Assembly: GCA_044464585.1 (NCBI GenBank)
Contig: JBIQLF010000003.1
Location: 343-64,342 of the forward strand
Source: Thermomicrobia bacterium
Lineage (GTDB): Bacteria; Chloroflexota; Chloroflexia; Thermomicrobiales; UBA6265
Direction: 5' to 3'
DNA: 64,000 nucleotides
Part shown: positions 21,033 to 29,019 of the stretch, piece after piece
Numbering within the stretch: the first letter of the stretch is position 1
How the letters are laid out: each line of letters begins with the position of its first letter
Notes under the pieces: model-generated
Databases searched by the model: none
The model's input: the letters and a program-made list of their open reading frames with translations, nothing else
What the model was told of the DNA's origin: nothing
Translations under genes and position numbers: made by a program

Positions 21033-22168
21033 AGCAGATCGGCGGTGAAAAGCATCGATCGACGCTGCAGCTCCGGAATCGATGATCGCATCGGAAATTC
21101 CTGGGAACCGCTGACCGCACCGGCGATCGCAACACCGATGATGCCGTCGAAGACTGTTCCCGCGGGTGACACATTGAGCGTGATCCCAATGCCCAACACA
21201 TCCGCGGCCCCCGCATGGGCTTCCTTGGCGAGCACATGGGCCGGCCACGCGCCGGCGTTGCGACTGGTCGCCTCGATAGTGACTCCGGCGCTATCGGGAT
21301 CGCCGAACATCAGCGCTCCGAACTGACCGCCTCCGCCGGCATCGAGTATCCGGAGACGCAATCCACGCGCGGTCAGCTGGCGTCCGAGGGAACCGGCAAG
21401 GCTGACATCATCGTGGCCATAGATCCAGAGCTGCAAGCGCTGGCCCACCTCTTCGGCCGCTTTGTCTCGGATGGTGCGCGCAGCCACCTCGTCTTCGCCG
21501 ATTCCGACAACCCGCACGTGAACGCCATCGTCCTTGGCATATGTCGCGACGATGGGGTTCGTCTTCGCCACCAGATCGCCGATCATCTCTTCGAGCGCAG
21601 ACTCGCCGATGCCGATCGTCTTCAGTGTGACCGAGCTATACGATCGTCCCGACAGCAGGCGGCCAAGTCGCGGGGCCGCCTGCTCGAACCACATTCGCTT
21701 CATCTCGCGCGGTACGCCCGGCATCGAGATGATGACCTTGCCCTCTTTCTGAACGAACCAGCCTGGCGCGGTGCCGATCGGATTCGGAAGCGCTTCGGCG
21801 GAAGGAACGAGCCAAGCCTGCTTGGCATTGCGCTCCGGCATCTCCAGACCGCGATTGGCGAAGAACGCCTCGATGCTCTGGCGCAATTGCTGATCGATCC
21901 GCGGCTGTTCGTGGATCGCATCCGCGATACCCTCGCGAGTCAGATCATCCTCGGTCGGACCGATGCCGCCAGTGCAGATCACGATCTCGGCCTCGCCCAG
22001 GGCGCGCTCGACCGACTCGCGAATACGCTCGCGGTCGTCGCCGACCTGGATCACGTGCAGCAGCTCGATTCCCCGAGCATCCAGCTCCTGAGAAAGAAAG
22101 GTCGCGTTGGTGTCGGTGATATGACCGTGTAGCAGCTCGGCGCCGATCGACAGGATATATGCGTTCAT
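21005..22168 (-). CDS. cinA: CinA-family competence/damage-inducible protein (MoCF-binding domain plus PncC-like domain)
   Basis: MNAYILSIGAELLHGHITDTNATFLSQEL, ICTGGIGPTEDDLTREG and NPIGTAPGW. Start at ATG 22168. Confidence 0.85.
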   Translation of the reverse strand: MNAYILSIGAELLHGHITDTNATFLSQELDARGIELLHVIQVGDDRERIRESVERALGEAEIVICTGGIGPTEDDLTREGIADAIHEQPRIDQQLRQSIEAFFANRGLEMPERNAKQAWLVPSAEALPNPIGTAPGWFVQKEGKVIISMPGVPREMKRMWFEQAAPRLGRLLSGRSYSSVTLKTIGIGESALEEMIGDLVAKTNPIVATYAKDDGVHVRVVGIGEDEVAARTIRDKAAEEVGQRLQLWIYGHDDVSLAGSLGRQLTARGLRLRILDAGGGGQFGALMFGDPDSAGVTIEATSRNAGAWPAHVLAKEAHAGAADVLGIGITLNVSPAGTVFDGIIGVAIAGAVSGSQEFPMRSSIPELQRRSMLFTADLLHRLLESPA

Positions 22169-22217
22169 GGAATCCCCCCGGTTCATCAAACTCTGGGGAT
22201 TTTCGCAGACCGGACCG

Positions 22218-22598
22218 CTATTGGGCTTCCATCAGCTCGATACGGTTCCCGAACGGATCGGACACATAGCATCGCTGAAAGCCGGGAAGCTCGCATTCGA
22301 CCGGGCTGACCGCATACCCATGCCGGGTCAGCAACGTTCGTATCTCGCCGAGATCGTCGACCTGTAGGGCGATATGCGCTTTGCGCGCCGAATGGAAATC
22401 CTGATCGATCCCCAAATGCACAGCGAGCGTCCCCGTCGAGAGCCAGAGTCCTCCACGGCACGCAAGCGACTCGGGTTTGCTGGTTTCGGCAAGTCCCAGC
22501 AGCTCGCAATAGAACGCCCGGGCGGTCGCTTCGCTCGCGGGCGGGATCGCGATCATGACATGATGAAGAAGCGGAGGGACAACGGTAGTGGAACTCAT
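22218..22598 (-). CDS. Glyoxalase/bleomycin-resistance (VOC) family protein
   Basis: Start moved to ATG 22598. LHHVMIAIPPASEATARAFYCELLGL and CYVSDPFGNRIELME are VOC-fold hallmarks. The 5' part of ORF 22218..22766 runs through a tRNA gene. Confidence 0.7.
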   Translation of the reverse strand: MSSTTVVPPLLHHVMIAIPPASEATARAFYCELLGLAETSKPESLACRGGLWLSTGTLAVHLGIDQDFHSARKAHIALQVDDLGEIRTLLTRHGYAVSPVECELPGFQRCYVSDPFGNRIELMEAQ

Positions 22599-22675
22599 GG
22601 GTGCTTTCGTTTTGGCGCCGGATGGGGGCGAACTAAATACCGAGGGCGGAAGAACCCCGTATGTATTCGATATAG

Positions 22676-22748
22676 TGCGCGAGGCAGGATTCGAACCCGC
22701 GACACCTGGTTCCGAAGACCAGTGCTCTATCCACTGAGCTACTCGCGC
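22676..22748 (-). tRNA. tRNA-Arg (anticodon UCG)
   Basis: Hand-folded cloverleaf: GCGCGAG/CTCGCGC acceptor, GCTC..GAGC D arm, CTGGT-CTTCGGA-ACCAG anticodon arm, GCGGG-TTCGAAT-CCTGC T arm. CCA not encoded. Confidence 0.9.
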
Positions 22749-22778
22749 ATTCCGGGCGACCGACATTCATTTGAGAGG

Positions 22779-22853
22779 GGTGCCCTACGGGGCTTGAACC
22801 CGTGACCTCTTGTTCCACAGACAAGCGCTCTAACCGACTGAGCTAAGGGCACC
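22779..22853 (-). tRNA. tRNA-His (anticodon GUG) with genome-encoded G-1
   Basis: G-1 then GTGCCCT/AGGGCAC acceptor, anticodon loop CTGTGGA, T arm ACGGG-TTCAAGC-CCCGT, discriminator C. Confidence 0.9.
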
Positions 22854-22860
22854 GTGCGAT

Positions 22861-23210
22861 CGAAGTGAAGGGAGAGTAAGCCGAGTTCTGTTCCTGGCGA
22901 TCATCTCTCTCGGTCTTGCGACCGGTCACCGTTCGAGACGGCGACTGCTCTCGTCTTTCGGCCTCGGCGAGCAACCTGCTTGCGGCCGGATCGGAGATTG
23001 CTGCGGGGAGGATTGCCCTTTTCAGCCGCACCTAGCCGTTCGGCCGGGGCGGAATGGTTTCTGTTGCTCTCACATCTTGCGATGCGCCAATCTGGACTGT
23101 CGACGCTCGAAAGCGCCTCCCTGGCTTTCACCAGGCACCCTCGCTCTTTGCAGCTCGGACTTTCCTCTAGATCCATCGGGACCCAGCGATCGCCCTTCCC
23201 TGTCACTTCG
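22861..23210 (-). ncRNA. rnpB: RNase P RNA (bacterial type A)
   Basis: The reverse complement contains the universally conserved AGAGGAAAGTCCGAGCTGCA..GGGTGCCTGGTGAAAGCCAGG (CR-I/P4 5' side) and ACAGAACTCGGCTTACT (CR-V/P4 3' side). Terminal P1 pairing CGAAGTGA.../...TCACTTCG defines the ends. About 350 nt. Confidence 0.9.
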
Positions 23211-23240
23211 ATCGATTGTTAAGGTATCGAAACGAGACCC

Positions 23241-23324
23241 TGGTGCCGAAGGGGAGACTCGAACTCCCATGGGTTGCCCCACTACGCCCTGAACGTAGCG
23301 CGTCTGCCATTTCGCCACTTCGGC
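23241..23324 (-). tRNA. tRNA-Leu (anticodon CAG), CCA encoded
   Basis: GCCGAAG/CTTCGGC acceptor, anticodon arm CTACG-TTCAGGG-CGTAG, long variable arm, T arm GGGAG-TTCGAGT-CTCCC, then ACCA. Confidence 0.9.
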
Positions 23325-23354
23325 ATGGCTACGGATCTCGTTCGCCCTGCTCGG

Positions 23355-23427
23355 AGCCGACCCGGGGACTCGAACCCCGGACCTGCTGTTTACGAAACAG
23401 CTGCTCTACCAACTGAGCTAGGCCGGC
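23355..23427 (-). tRNA. tRNA-Thr (anticodon CGU)
   Basis: GCCGGCC/GGTCGGC acceptor (one G-U), anticodon arm GCTGT-TTCGTAA-ACAGC, T arm CCGGG-GTTCGAGT-CCCCGG. Confidence 0.9.
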
Positions 23428-23456
23428 AAGCGCATTTCTGGCGCCCGAGCCAAGGA

Positions 23457-23486
23457 AATCTACCACGAATCGAGTGGCCGATTCAA
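23457..23486 (-). promoter_or_regulatory. Putative promoter of the tRNA/rnpB operon (TTGAAT-N18-TGgTAGATT)
   Basis: Read on the minus strand: TTGAAT (23486..23481), an 18-nt spacer, TAGATT (23462..23457) preceded by TGG. It lies about 30 nt upstream of tRNA-Thr. Confidence 0.4.
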
Positions 23487-23626
23487 CGTATCCGGCCCCT
23501 CGATTCGTCTCCTGAAGGCGTCCGATCCGGTTCCGTCCAAGGCGCCGTGCGCGCGCCGATGGCGTCAGGCTACGCATCGGTTCGGGCGGTGTGGTAGCTT
23601 CCCCATCGAGGAGCCGAACGATCCGT

Positions 23627-24250
23627 ATGGACACGATTCCAAAGCCAAAAGGCCGGTACCAGGCGATCTTCGTGATCATGGCCGCCATCATGATTCTTTC
23701 GCTGGGGGCGGGCATCATCGGCCCGGTCATCATCGATGCATTCAGCGGCGATGACGGCGGAGGCAATCGTACGGAGGTCGATGCATCGGTCGAACAGGCA
23801 TTCCGCTCGACCGCGGTTGCAAACCCGGACGATCCCCGCGCGGCCGCTGGTCTGGCGAACTATCTGGCCAATACGGGCAAATTGAGCGAAGCCATTCCCT
23901 GGTACGAGCAGGCGATCACCACTGCGCCAGACGACGCCTCGATTCGGTTCGATTTCGCCCAGTCGCTTGCCGCTGGTGATATGAACAGCGATGCCGAATT
24001 CCAGTTCCAGAAAGCGATCGAACTCGAACCCGACGACCCGCAATCGCATTTCTATCTTGGTGAGCTGTACTACCGGATGAATCCACAACGCACCGTAGCG
24101 GCGATCGATCAATATGAAATGACGATCGAGCTCGCCCCCGAAACCTTCATTGCGCAACGCGCCCAGGAACGGCTGGTTGCGCTTGGTGTCGCGACGCCGG
24201 CGGCCTCGCCCTCTCCGGGCGCGGTTGGAACTGAGGAGGACCCAACATGA
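23627..24250 (+). CDS. Membrane-anchored TPR-repeat protein
   Basis: Start at ATG 23627. TM helix AIFVIMAAIMILSLGAGIIGPVII, then TPR-like repeats (AAGLANYLANTGKLSEAIPWYEQAI, AEFQFQKAIELEPDDPQSHFYLGELY). Confidence 0.6.
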   Translation: MDTIPKPKGRYQAIFVIMAAIMILSLGAGIIGPVIIDAFSGDDGGGNRTEVDASVEQAFRSTAVANPDDPRAAAGLANYLANTGKLSEAIPWYEQAITTAPDDASIRFDFAQSLAAGDMNSDAEFQFQKAIELEPDDPQSHFYLGELYYRMNPQRTVAAIDQYEMTIELAPETFIAQRAQERLVALGVATPAASPSPGAVGTEEDPT

Positions 24251-24411
24251 ATCCGGGAACCCAGGTGATCGATCCCGAATTGCTCGCGCTGCTCGTTTGC
24301 CCGATCGATCATGGCGAGCTCGAGCTGCGGGAATCGAGTCTCGTCTGCACCAAGTGCGGGCGGTCCTATCCGATCGTGGACGGGATTCCGAACATGGTGG
24401 TCGACGAATAG
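24247..24411 (+). CDS. Trm112/UPF0434-family small zinc-ribbon-like protein (54 aa)
   Basis: Not in the ORF track (below its 60-aa cutoff). My translation is [54 protein letters not shown], which matches the LL.CP....L......L.C..C...YPI.DGIP.ML pattern. ATGA overlap with the TPR gene stop. Confidence 0.7.
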   Translation: MNPGTQVIDPELLALLVCPIDHGELELRESSLVCTKCGRSYPIVDGIPNMVVDE

Positions 24412-24415
24412 CGAC

Positions 24416-24429
24416 CGAACAGATGTTCG
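24416..24429. promoter_or_regulatory. LexA (SOS) box, Cheo type
   Basis: CGAACAGATGTTCG fits CGAAC-N4-GTTCG exactly, with one deviation from the CGAACATATGTTCG palindrome. It lies 23 nt upstream of the ruvB ATG and overlaps the -35 position of a TATACT -10 (24440..24445). Confidence 0.6.
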
Positions 24430-24451
24430 CCGTTCGCGGTATACTTGCCGC

Positions 24452-25543
24452 ATGAGCGATCGATCTGCCACCGCCCCACCACCGCAACACGACCAGCAAG
24501 CCCGCGAGCGGATCGTTTCAGCGCGCCAGCGCAATGAAGACCAGCGCGTCGATGGTTCGTTGCGCCCGAAAAGCCTGGCCGAATACATCGGTCAGGATCG
24601 GGTGAAAACCAGCCTCTCCGTCTTCATCGAAGCAGCCAAGCGGCGCGGAGAACCGCTCGATCACACGCTGCTGTACGGACCGCCAGGGCTCGGCAAGACC
24701 ACCCTCGCTTCGATCATTGCGACCGAAATGGCCGTGAGCCTACGGGTCACCTCTGGCCCGGCCATCGAGCGAGCCGGCGATCTCGTTTCGATTCTCACGA
24801 ACCTCAAAGCTGGTGATGTGCTGTTCATCGACGAGATTCACCGGTTGAACCGGGTCGTCGAGGAGGTGCTCTATCCGGCGCTCGAGGATTTCGCTGTCGA
24901 TATCATCATCGGCAAAGGACCGGCGGCCCGCTCGATGCGCATCAATCTGCCCCGGTTCACGCTGGTGGGGGCGACGACTCGACTTGCGCTCATGACCGGG
25001 CCGTTGCGCGACCGGTTTGGTTCGGTGATGCGGCTGGATTTCTATGATATCGAATCGACCAAGACGATCATCTCCCGATCCGCGTCGATTCTCGATGTGA
25101 ACATTGCCGACGATGGCGCGCTTGCCATTGCCCGGCGTGCCCGCGGCACCCCCCGGATCGCAAACCGTCTTCTGAAACGAGTGCGCGATGTGGCCGAGGT
25201 GCGCGGGGCTCCGATCGTGGATGGAGCGCTCGCCGCCGAGGCGCTGGAGATGCTCGACGTCGACGAGCTGGGGCTGGACGAGATCGACCGCCGGATTCTA
25301 CGCACGATCGTCGAGAAATTCGACGGCGGACCGGTCGGAGTCGATACGATTTCGGCGGCAACCAGTGAAGAGTCGGACACGATCATGGATGTATACGAGC
25401 CGTATCTGATCCAGCTCGGCTTTCTGCAGCGGACCCCGCGGGGCCGCGTCGCCACCCGGCGGGCATACGACCATCTCAAGATCGAACCCCCGGCGACCTT
25501 TGACGTGCAGCAACAGCAATTCCTCTTCGAAGATCTCGAATAG
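24452..25543 (+). CDS. ruvB: Holliday junction branch-migration helicase RuvB
   Basis: [16 protein letters not shown], Walker [15 protein letters not shown], and FIDEIHRL. Start at ATG 24452. The ORF track start 24311 overlaps the Trm112 gene. Confidence 0.95.
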   Translation: MSDRSATAPPPQHDQQARERIVSARQRNEDQRVDGSLRPKSLAEYIGQDRVKTSLSVFIEAAKRRGEPLDHTLLYGPPGLGKTTLASIIATEMAVSLRVTSGPAIERAGDLVSILTNLKAGDVLFIDEIHRLNRVVEEVLYPALEDFAVDIIIGKGPAARSMRINLPRFTLVGATTRLALMTGPLRDRFGSVMRLDFYDIESTKTIISRSASILDVNIADDGALAIARRARGTPRIANRLLKRVRDVAEVRGAPIVDGALAAEALEMLDVDELGLDEIDRRILRTIVEKFDGGPVGVDTISAATSEESDTIMDVYEPYLIQLGFLQRTPRGRVATRRAYDHLKIEPPATFDVQQQQFLFEDLE

Positions 25544-25549
25544 AGCGGT

Positions 25550-26575
25550 ATGCGTACCGCCGATTTCGATTACGACTTACCTGCGGAGCTCATCGCCCAA
25601 ACACCACTCGAACGGCGAGATGCTTCGCGATTGCTGGTGCTCGACCGGAAATCGGGCGCGATCGTGCATTCGACTGTTCAGGAGCTCGATCGCTTCCTGA
25701 ATGCGGGCGATCTCCTGGTCGCCAACAATAGCCGCGTGCTTGCCGCGCGACTCATGACCCGCAAAGCCGAAACGGGCGGCAGAGTCGAGCTGCTTCTCCT
25801 CCATCCCCTGGCCGATGGGGCCTGGGAGGCGCTGGCAAAACCGGCGCGGCGCCTGGCCGCCGGGACGCGTTTGATCGTCGATGAATCCCGTTTCGAGATC
25901 GAAGTGCTTGGCCGTTCGGGCGATGGACTCGTGCGCCTGCGGCTCGATGCCGATGTGTTGGCCAATCTCGACCGGATCGGCGCCGTTCCGCTCCCGCCCT
26001 ATATCCATGAACGACTCGCCGATCCCAATAGATACCAAACGGTGTATTCCTCCCAGCTCGGATCGGCAGCCGCCCCGACCGCCGGATTGCATTTCACTCC
26101 CGAGCTCATCCAGCGGCTGAAACAAGCGGGGGTCGGCTGGTCCGAGGTCACCCTCGATATCGGGCTGGATACCTTTCGCCCGGTTGCGGTCGATCTGATC
26201 TCCGAACATACGATGCATTCGGAAACCTGCCGCATGGACGATACGGCAGCAACCGCGATCGGTGCGACGCGAGCGGCTGGTGGCCGGGTCGTTGCGCTGG
26301 GAACGACGGCCGCGCGGACATTGGAAACCGCCGGGCAGCTCTGGGGCAACGAGCGCCCATTCGCATTCGACCTGGCGACGGATATTTTCATCACACCGGG
26401 CTACCAGTGGCGCATCGTCGATGCGCTTTTCACGAATTTCCACCTGCCAAAATCGACGCTCCTCATGATGGTCAGCGCATTGGCCGGGCGAGAAACGATC
26501 CTCGCCGCCTATGAAGAGGCCATCCGGGAGCGGTATCGCTTCTTCTCCTTTGGCGACGCGATGCTTATCCTTTAG
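25550..26575 (+). CDS. queA: S-adenosylmethionine:tRNA ribosyltransferase-isomerase
   Basis: FDYDLPAELIAQTPLERRDASRLLVL, PLPPYI, TAGLHFT, and the C-terminal YRFFSFGDAMLI. Confidence 0.95.
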   Translation: MRTADFDYDLPAELIAQTPLERRDASRLLVLDRKSGAIVHSTVQELDRFLNAGDLLVANNSRVLAARLMTRKAETGGRVELLLLHPLADGAWEALAKPARRLAAGTRLIVDESRFEIEVLGRSGDGLVRLRLDADVLANLDRIGAVPLPPYIHERLADPNRYQTVYSSQLGSAAAPTAGLHFTPELIQRLKQAGVGWSEVTLDIGLDTFRPVAVDLISEHTMHSETCRMDDTAATAIGATRAAGGRVVALGTTAARTLETAGQLWGNERPFAFDLATDIFITPGYQWRIVDALFTNFHLPKSTLLMMVSALAGRETILAAYEEAIRERYRFFSFGDAMLIL

Positions 26576-26613
26576 CGGTTCGTGCCGCCGGCATTCGCGT
26601 ACGGAGGAAATCG

Positions 26614-27204
26614 TTGTCCGAGTTGACCCGCGACGAGGCATGGAGTCTCGTCACCGAATACATTCGAAGTGAGAGTCTGCGGCGCCATTGCCTTTCGGTC
26701 GAAACGGCGATGCGCGCCTATGCCGCCAAGCATGGCGAGTCGGTCGAGAATTGGGGAGCCGTCGGGCTCATCCATGATTTCGACTACGAGATTCATCCCA
26801 CCCTCGATCAGCATCCGCAGGACGGCGTGCCGATTTTGCGGGAACGCGGGTATCCCGACTGGGCGATCGACGCCGTTCTCAGTCATGCCGACCATCTCGA
26901 AATCCCGCGAGACACGGACCTCAAGAAGACGCTGTATGCCGTCGATGAATTGACCGGATTCATCTCGGCGGTCGCGTTCGTGCGGCCCAGTAAATCGGTT
27001 GCCGAGGTCACCCCGAAGGCCGTTCGCAAGAAGATGAAGGACAAGGCGTTCGCCCGGGCAGTCGACCGGGAGGCTATGCTTCATGGGGCGGAGCTGCTCG
27101 GCATCGACTTCGATGAGCATGTCGAATTCGTCATTCAGGCCATGACCGAGAACGCGGATGCGCTGGGGCTTGCGGGTATATCAGTGGATTCGAATGCCGA
27201 CTAA
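26614..27204 (+). CDS. HD-domain (HDIG-like) metal-dependent phosphohydrolase
   Basis: LRRHCLSVETAMRAYA (His of the HD motif) and GLIHDFDYE (HD), as in COG2316-type proteins. Confidence 0.7.
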   Translation: MSELTRDEAWSLVTEYIRSESLRRHCLSVETAMRAYAAKHGESVENWGAVGLIHDFDYEIHPTLDQHPQDGVPILRERGYPDWAIDAVLSHADHLEIPRDTDLKKTLYAVDELTGFISAVAFVRPSKSVAEVTPKAVRKKMKDKAFARAVDREAMLHGAELLGIDFDEHVEFVIQAMTENADALGLAGISVDSNAD

Positions 27205-27922
27205 CCGCTTCCTCGCACTCGTCGTTCTCCTGCTGGTCGCAGGGGTCATATCGGCCTGTGGCGCGACGGCCAATTCACCGAAGGAGACGGCAGTTCCCGC
27301 GCTCACACCGCACGAAACGAGCGATGCGGATATCGAAAGTGGTTGCTGGACGGCGACCGATCGAGTCAACACAGAAGGAGATCCCGAGTTGGCGAACATT
27401 CAGCAATGGTCGAAACCACCCGAAATGCAGATCGACGGGTCGAAGAGCTATTCGGCCAAAGTCGAAACGAACAAGGGCGATTTCACCATCCAACTGCTGC
27501 CGGCCGAGGCGCCACTGGCCGTGAACAACTTCGTTTGCCTGGCGCGCGCCGGATTCTATGACAACACGCCGATTCACCGGATCGTGGCTGGATTCGTCAT
27601 TCAGGGCGGCGATCCGACGGGTACCGGCCGGGGCGGTCCAGGCTACAAATTCAACGACGAGCCGATCAGTCTCGATTACGAGAAGGGCACCGTTGCGATG
27701 GCGAATGCTGGGCCGAACACCAACGGCAGTCAATTCTTCGTCGTGCTCGATGATCTGCGCGGCAAGCTCGGCAAGAACTACACCATCTTCGGCAAGGTCA
27801 GCGATGGCATGGACACCGTCGACAAACTCGGGGCCGTCCAGACACGCGCTGGCGGATCAGGAGAAAAATCGACGCCGATCGAACCCGTCACCATCGAGAA
27901 CGTGACGATTACGGAGAGCTAG
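27194..27922 (+). CDS. Lipoprotein peptidyl-prolyl cis-trans isomerase (cyclophilin type)
   Basis: Start at ATG 27194, overlapping the HD gene by 11 nt. Lipobox LLVAGVISAC. Cyclophilin core FHRIVAGFVIQGGDPTGTGRGGPGY and GTVAMANAGPNTNGSQFF. Confidence 0.9.
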   Translation: MPTNRFLALVVLLLVAGVISACGATANSPKETAVPALTPHETSDADIESGCWTATDRVNTEGDPELANIQQWSKPPEMQIDGSKSYSAKVETNKGDFTIQLLPAEAPLAVNNFVCLARAGFYDNTPIHRIVAGFVIQGGDPTGTGRGGPGYKFNDEPISLDYEKGTVAMANAGPNTNGSQFFVVLDDLRGKLGKNYTIFGKVSDGMDTVDKLGAVQTRAGGSGEKSTPIEPVTIENVTITES

Positions 27923-27967
27923 TTTTCGACTCTTCGATCTCGAGAGCCGGTTCTGGAAATCAAGACA

Positions 27968-27999
27968 GGAACGAGGCCGGTGCGCACCGGCCTCGTTCC
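27968..27999. terminator. Bidirectional hairpin terminator between convergent genes
   Basis: GGAACGAGGCCGGTG-CG-CACCGGCCTCGTTCC forms a perfect ~15-bp stem. Located between the PPIase gene (+) and the 73-aa gene (-). Confidence 0.6.
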
Positions 28000-28026
28000 T
28001 CTGTTCGTAGGTCGATAGCCGAACGG

Positions 28027-28248
28027 TCAGGCGGCCTCGGCGAGCTCATCCTGCAGCGATTCGTATTCGCGCAGCAACTCGATCCAGTGGCGCTCCCAAT
28101 TGTCGACCTCGATACCGTGGTTCATCGCCTCACCGATTCGGACGAAACCGTCCTGCAGGCGAAGTTCCAACCGGCTGACCCGGTCCTCGATCGTTTCCGG
28201 AGTGGTCGATGTCCTATGGCCATGAATCGACCGCAGTTTGGTGGCCAT
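28027..28248 (-). CDS. 73-aa acidic coiled-coil protein, unknown function (second gene of the SOS-box operon)
   Basis: Perfect AAAGGAG SD 7 nt upstream of the ATG, 28 nt after the upstream stop. The sequence RVSRLELRLQDGFVRIGE...WIELLREYESLQDELAEAA is heptad-like. No motif recognised. Confidence 0.55.
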   Translation of the reverse strand: MATKLRSIHGHRTSTTPETIEDRVSRLELRLQDGFVRIGEAMNHGIEVDNWERHWIELLREYESLQDELAEAA

Positions 28249-28276
28249 GGCGGGCGCTCCTTTCTGGATCAGCGAA

Positions 28277-28897
28277 TCAGGACGCTTTCGGCATCGGCTC
28301 GATCGACTTCAGCCGCTCGATGAACGATGAGGCATCGCGCCGGTCGAGCTGATCGAATCGTTTGCCATAGAGTTCGGATACCTGCGTATCCAGCGCCTGG
28401 TCCGACAGACCCTTCTCTCGTGCCATCTGGCGGATGAAGCTCATCTGTCGCTCGGTCATCGATTGGCGTTCAGCCGCGTGCGTCCGGCGCTCCTCGGTGA
28501 AATCGACGAGCTGGCGCTGGCGAGCCATGCGCACCGGCGCATCGACGACCTTGTCCTGCCCTTCCGCGAAATCGAAATCGGACGTGAACTGGGTTCCGAA
28601 CCCGAGCGCTGCCAGCGCACGGCCGAGCGCTTTGGTTTCCGCCTTTTCGAGATAGTCGCGAAAATCGTCATATCCCTCGCTTCCCCAACCGGTGGAGGAA
28701 CCGCCGCCCGGGATGGTGACATGAGCTTTGAAGACCGCGACGCTGTTTTCGTGTGAGATGAGCTCGGTGCTGATGACCGCATCCGGATGCTGCGTGCGCA
28801 GCCAATAGACGCGCCATTTGACCTCGAGATAGTCGGCGCCGCCAACGCGTGTGACGAAGCGGCGAGGGTCGAAGGGAGTAGTGGTTTCCATGGTCAC
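28277..28897 (-). CDS. Putative Rad52/Sak-like single-strand-annealing-fold protein with C-terminal helical module (function unverified)
   Basis: The gene itself is well supported (promoter, SD AGAGG, GTG 28897 or ATG 28891). The family call rests only on my recognition of YLEVKWRVYWLRTQHPD...VFKAHVTIPGG..TGWGSEG...YLEKAETKALGRALAALGFG as an SSAP-like beta-hairpin plus helix core. Confidence 0.4.
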   Translation of the reverse strand: MTMETTTPFDPRRFVTRVGGADYLEVKWRVYWLRTQHPDAVISTELISHENSVAVFKAHVTIPGGGSSTGWGSEGYDDFRDYLEKAETKALGRALAALGFGTQFTSDFDFAEGQDKVVDAPVRMARQRQLVDFTEERRTHAAERQSMTERQMSFIRQMAREKGLSDQALDTQVSELYGKRFDQLDRRDASSFIERLKSIEPMPKAS

Positions 28898-28922
28898 GTT
28901 TGCCTCTGGTTCCTACGGGAAA

Positions 28923-28971
28923 AGAACGCTTGTTCTACAGATATTCTAGAACATTCGTACGCGTGTGTCAA
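28923..28971 (-). promoter_or_regulatory. Consensus-like promoter TTGACA-N17-TAGAAT with a Cheo-type LexA box on the start site
   Basis: Read on the minus strand: TTGACA (28971..28966), a 17-nt spacer, TAGAAT (28948..28943), 6 nt, then AGAACAAGCGTTCT (28936..28923; GAAC-N4-GTTC). A nested palindrome TGTTCTA-N9-TAGAACA spans 28931..28953. Confidence 0.55.
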
Positions 28972-29019
28972 CATGTCCAGGGCAGCGAAAACTGCCCGGC
29001 TCGAATCGTTTCTTGTCTT

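Noticed and set aside
22599-22766. 5' extension of the VOC-protein ORF (22218..22766), and ORFs 22633..22824, 22843..23318 and 23216..23597 over the RNA cluster.
   Set aside because: They run through tRNA-Arg, tRNA-His, rnpB, tRNA-Leu and tRNA-Thr. The RNA genes explain the region.
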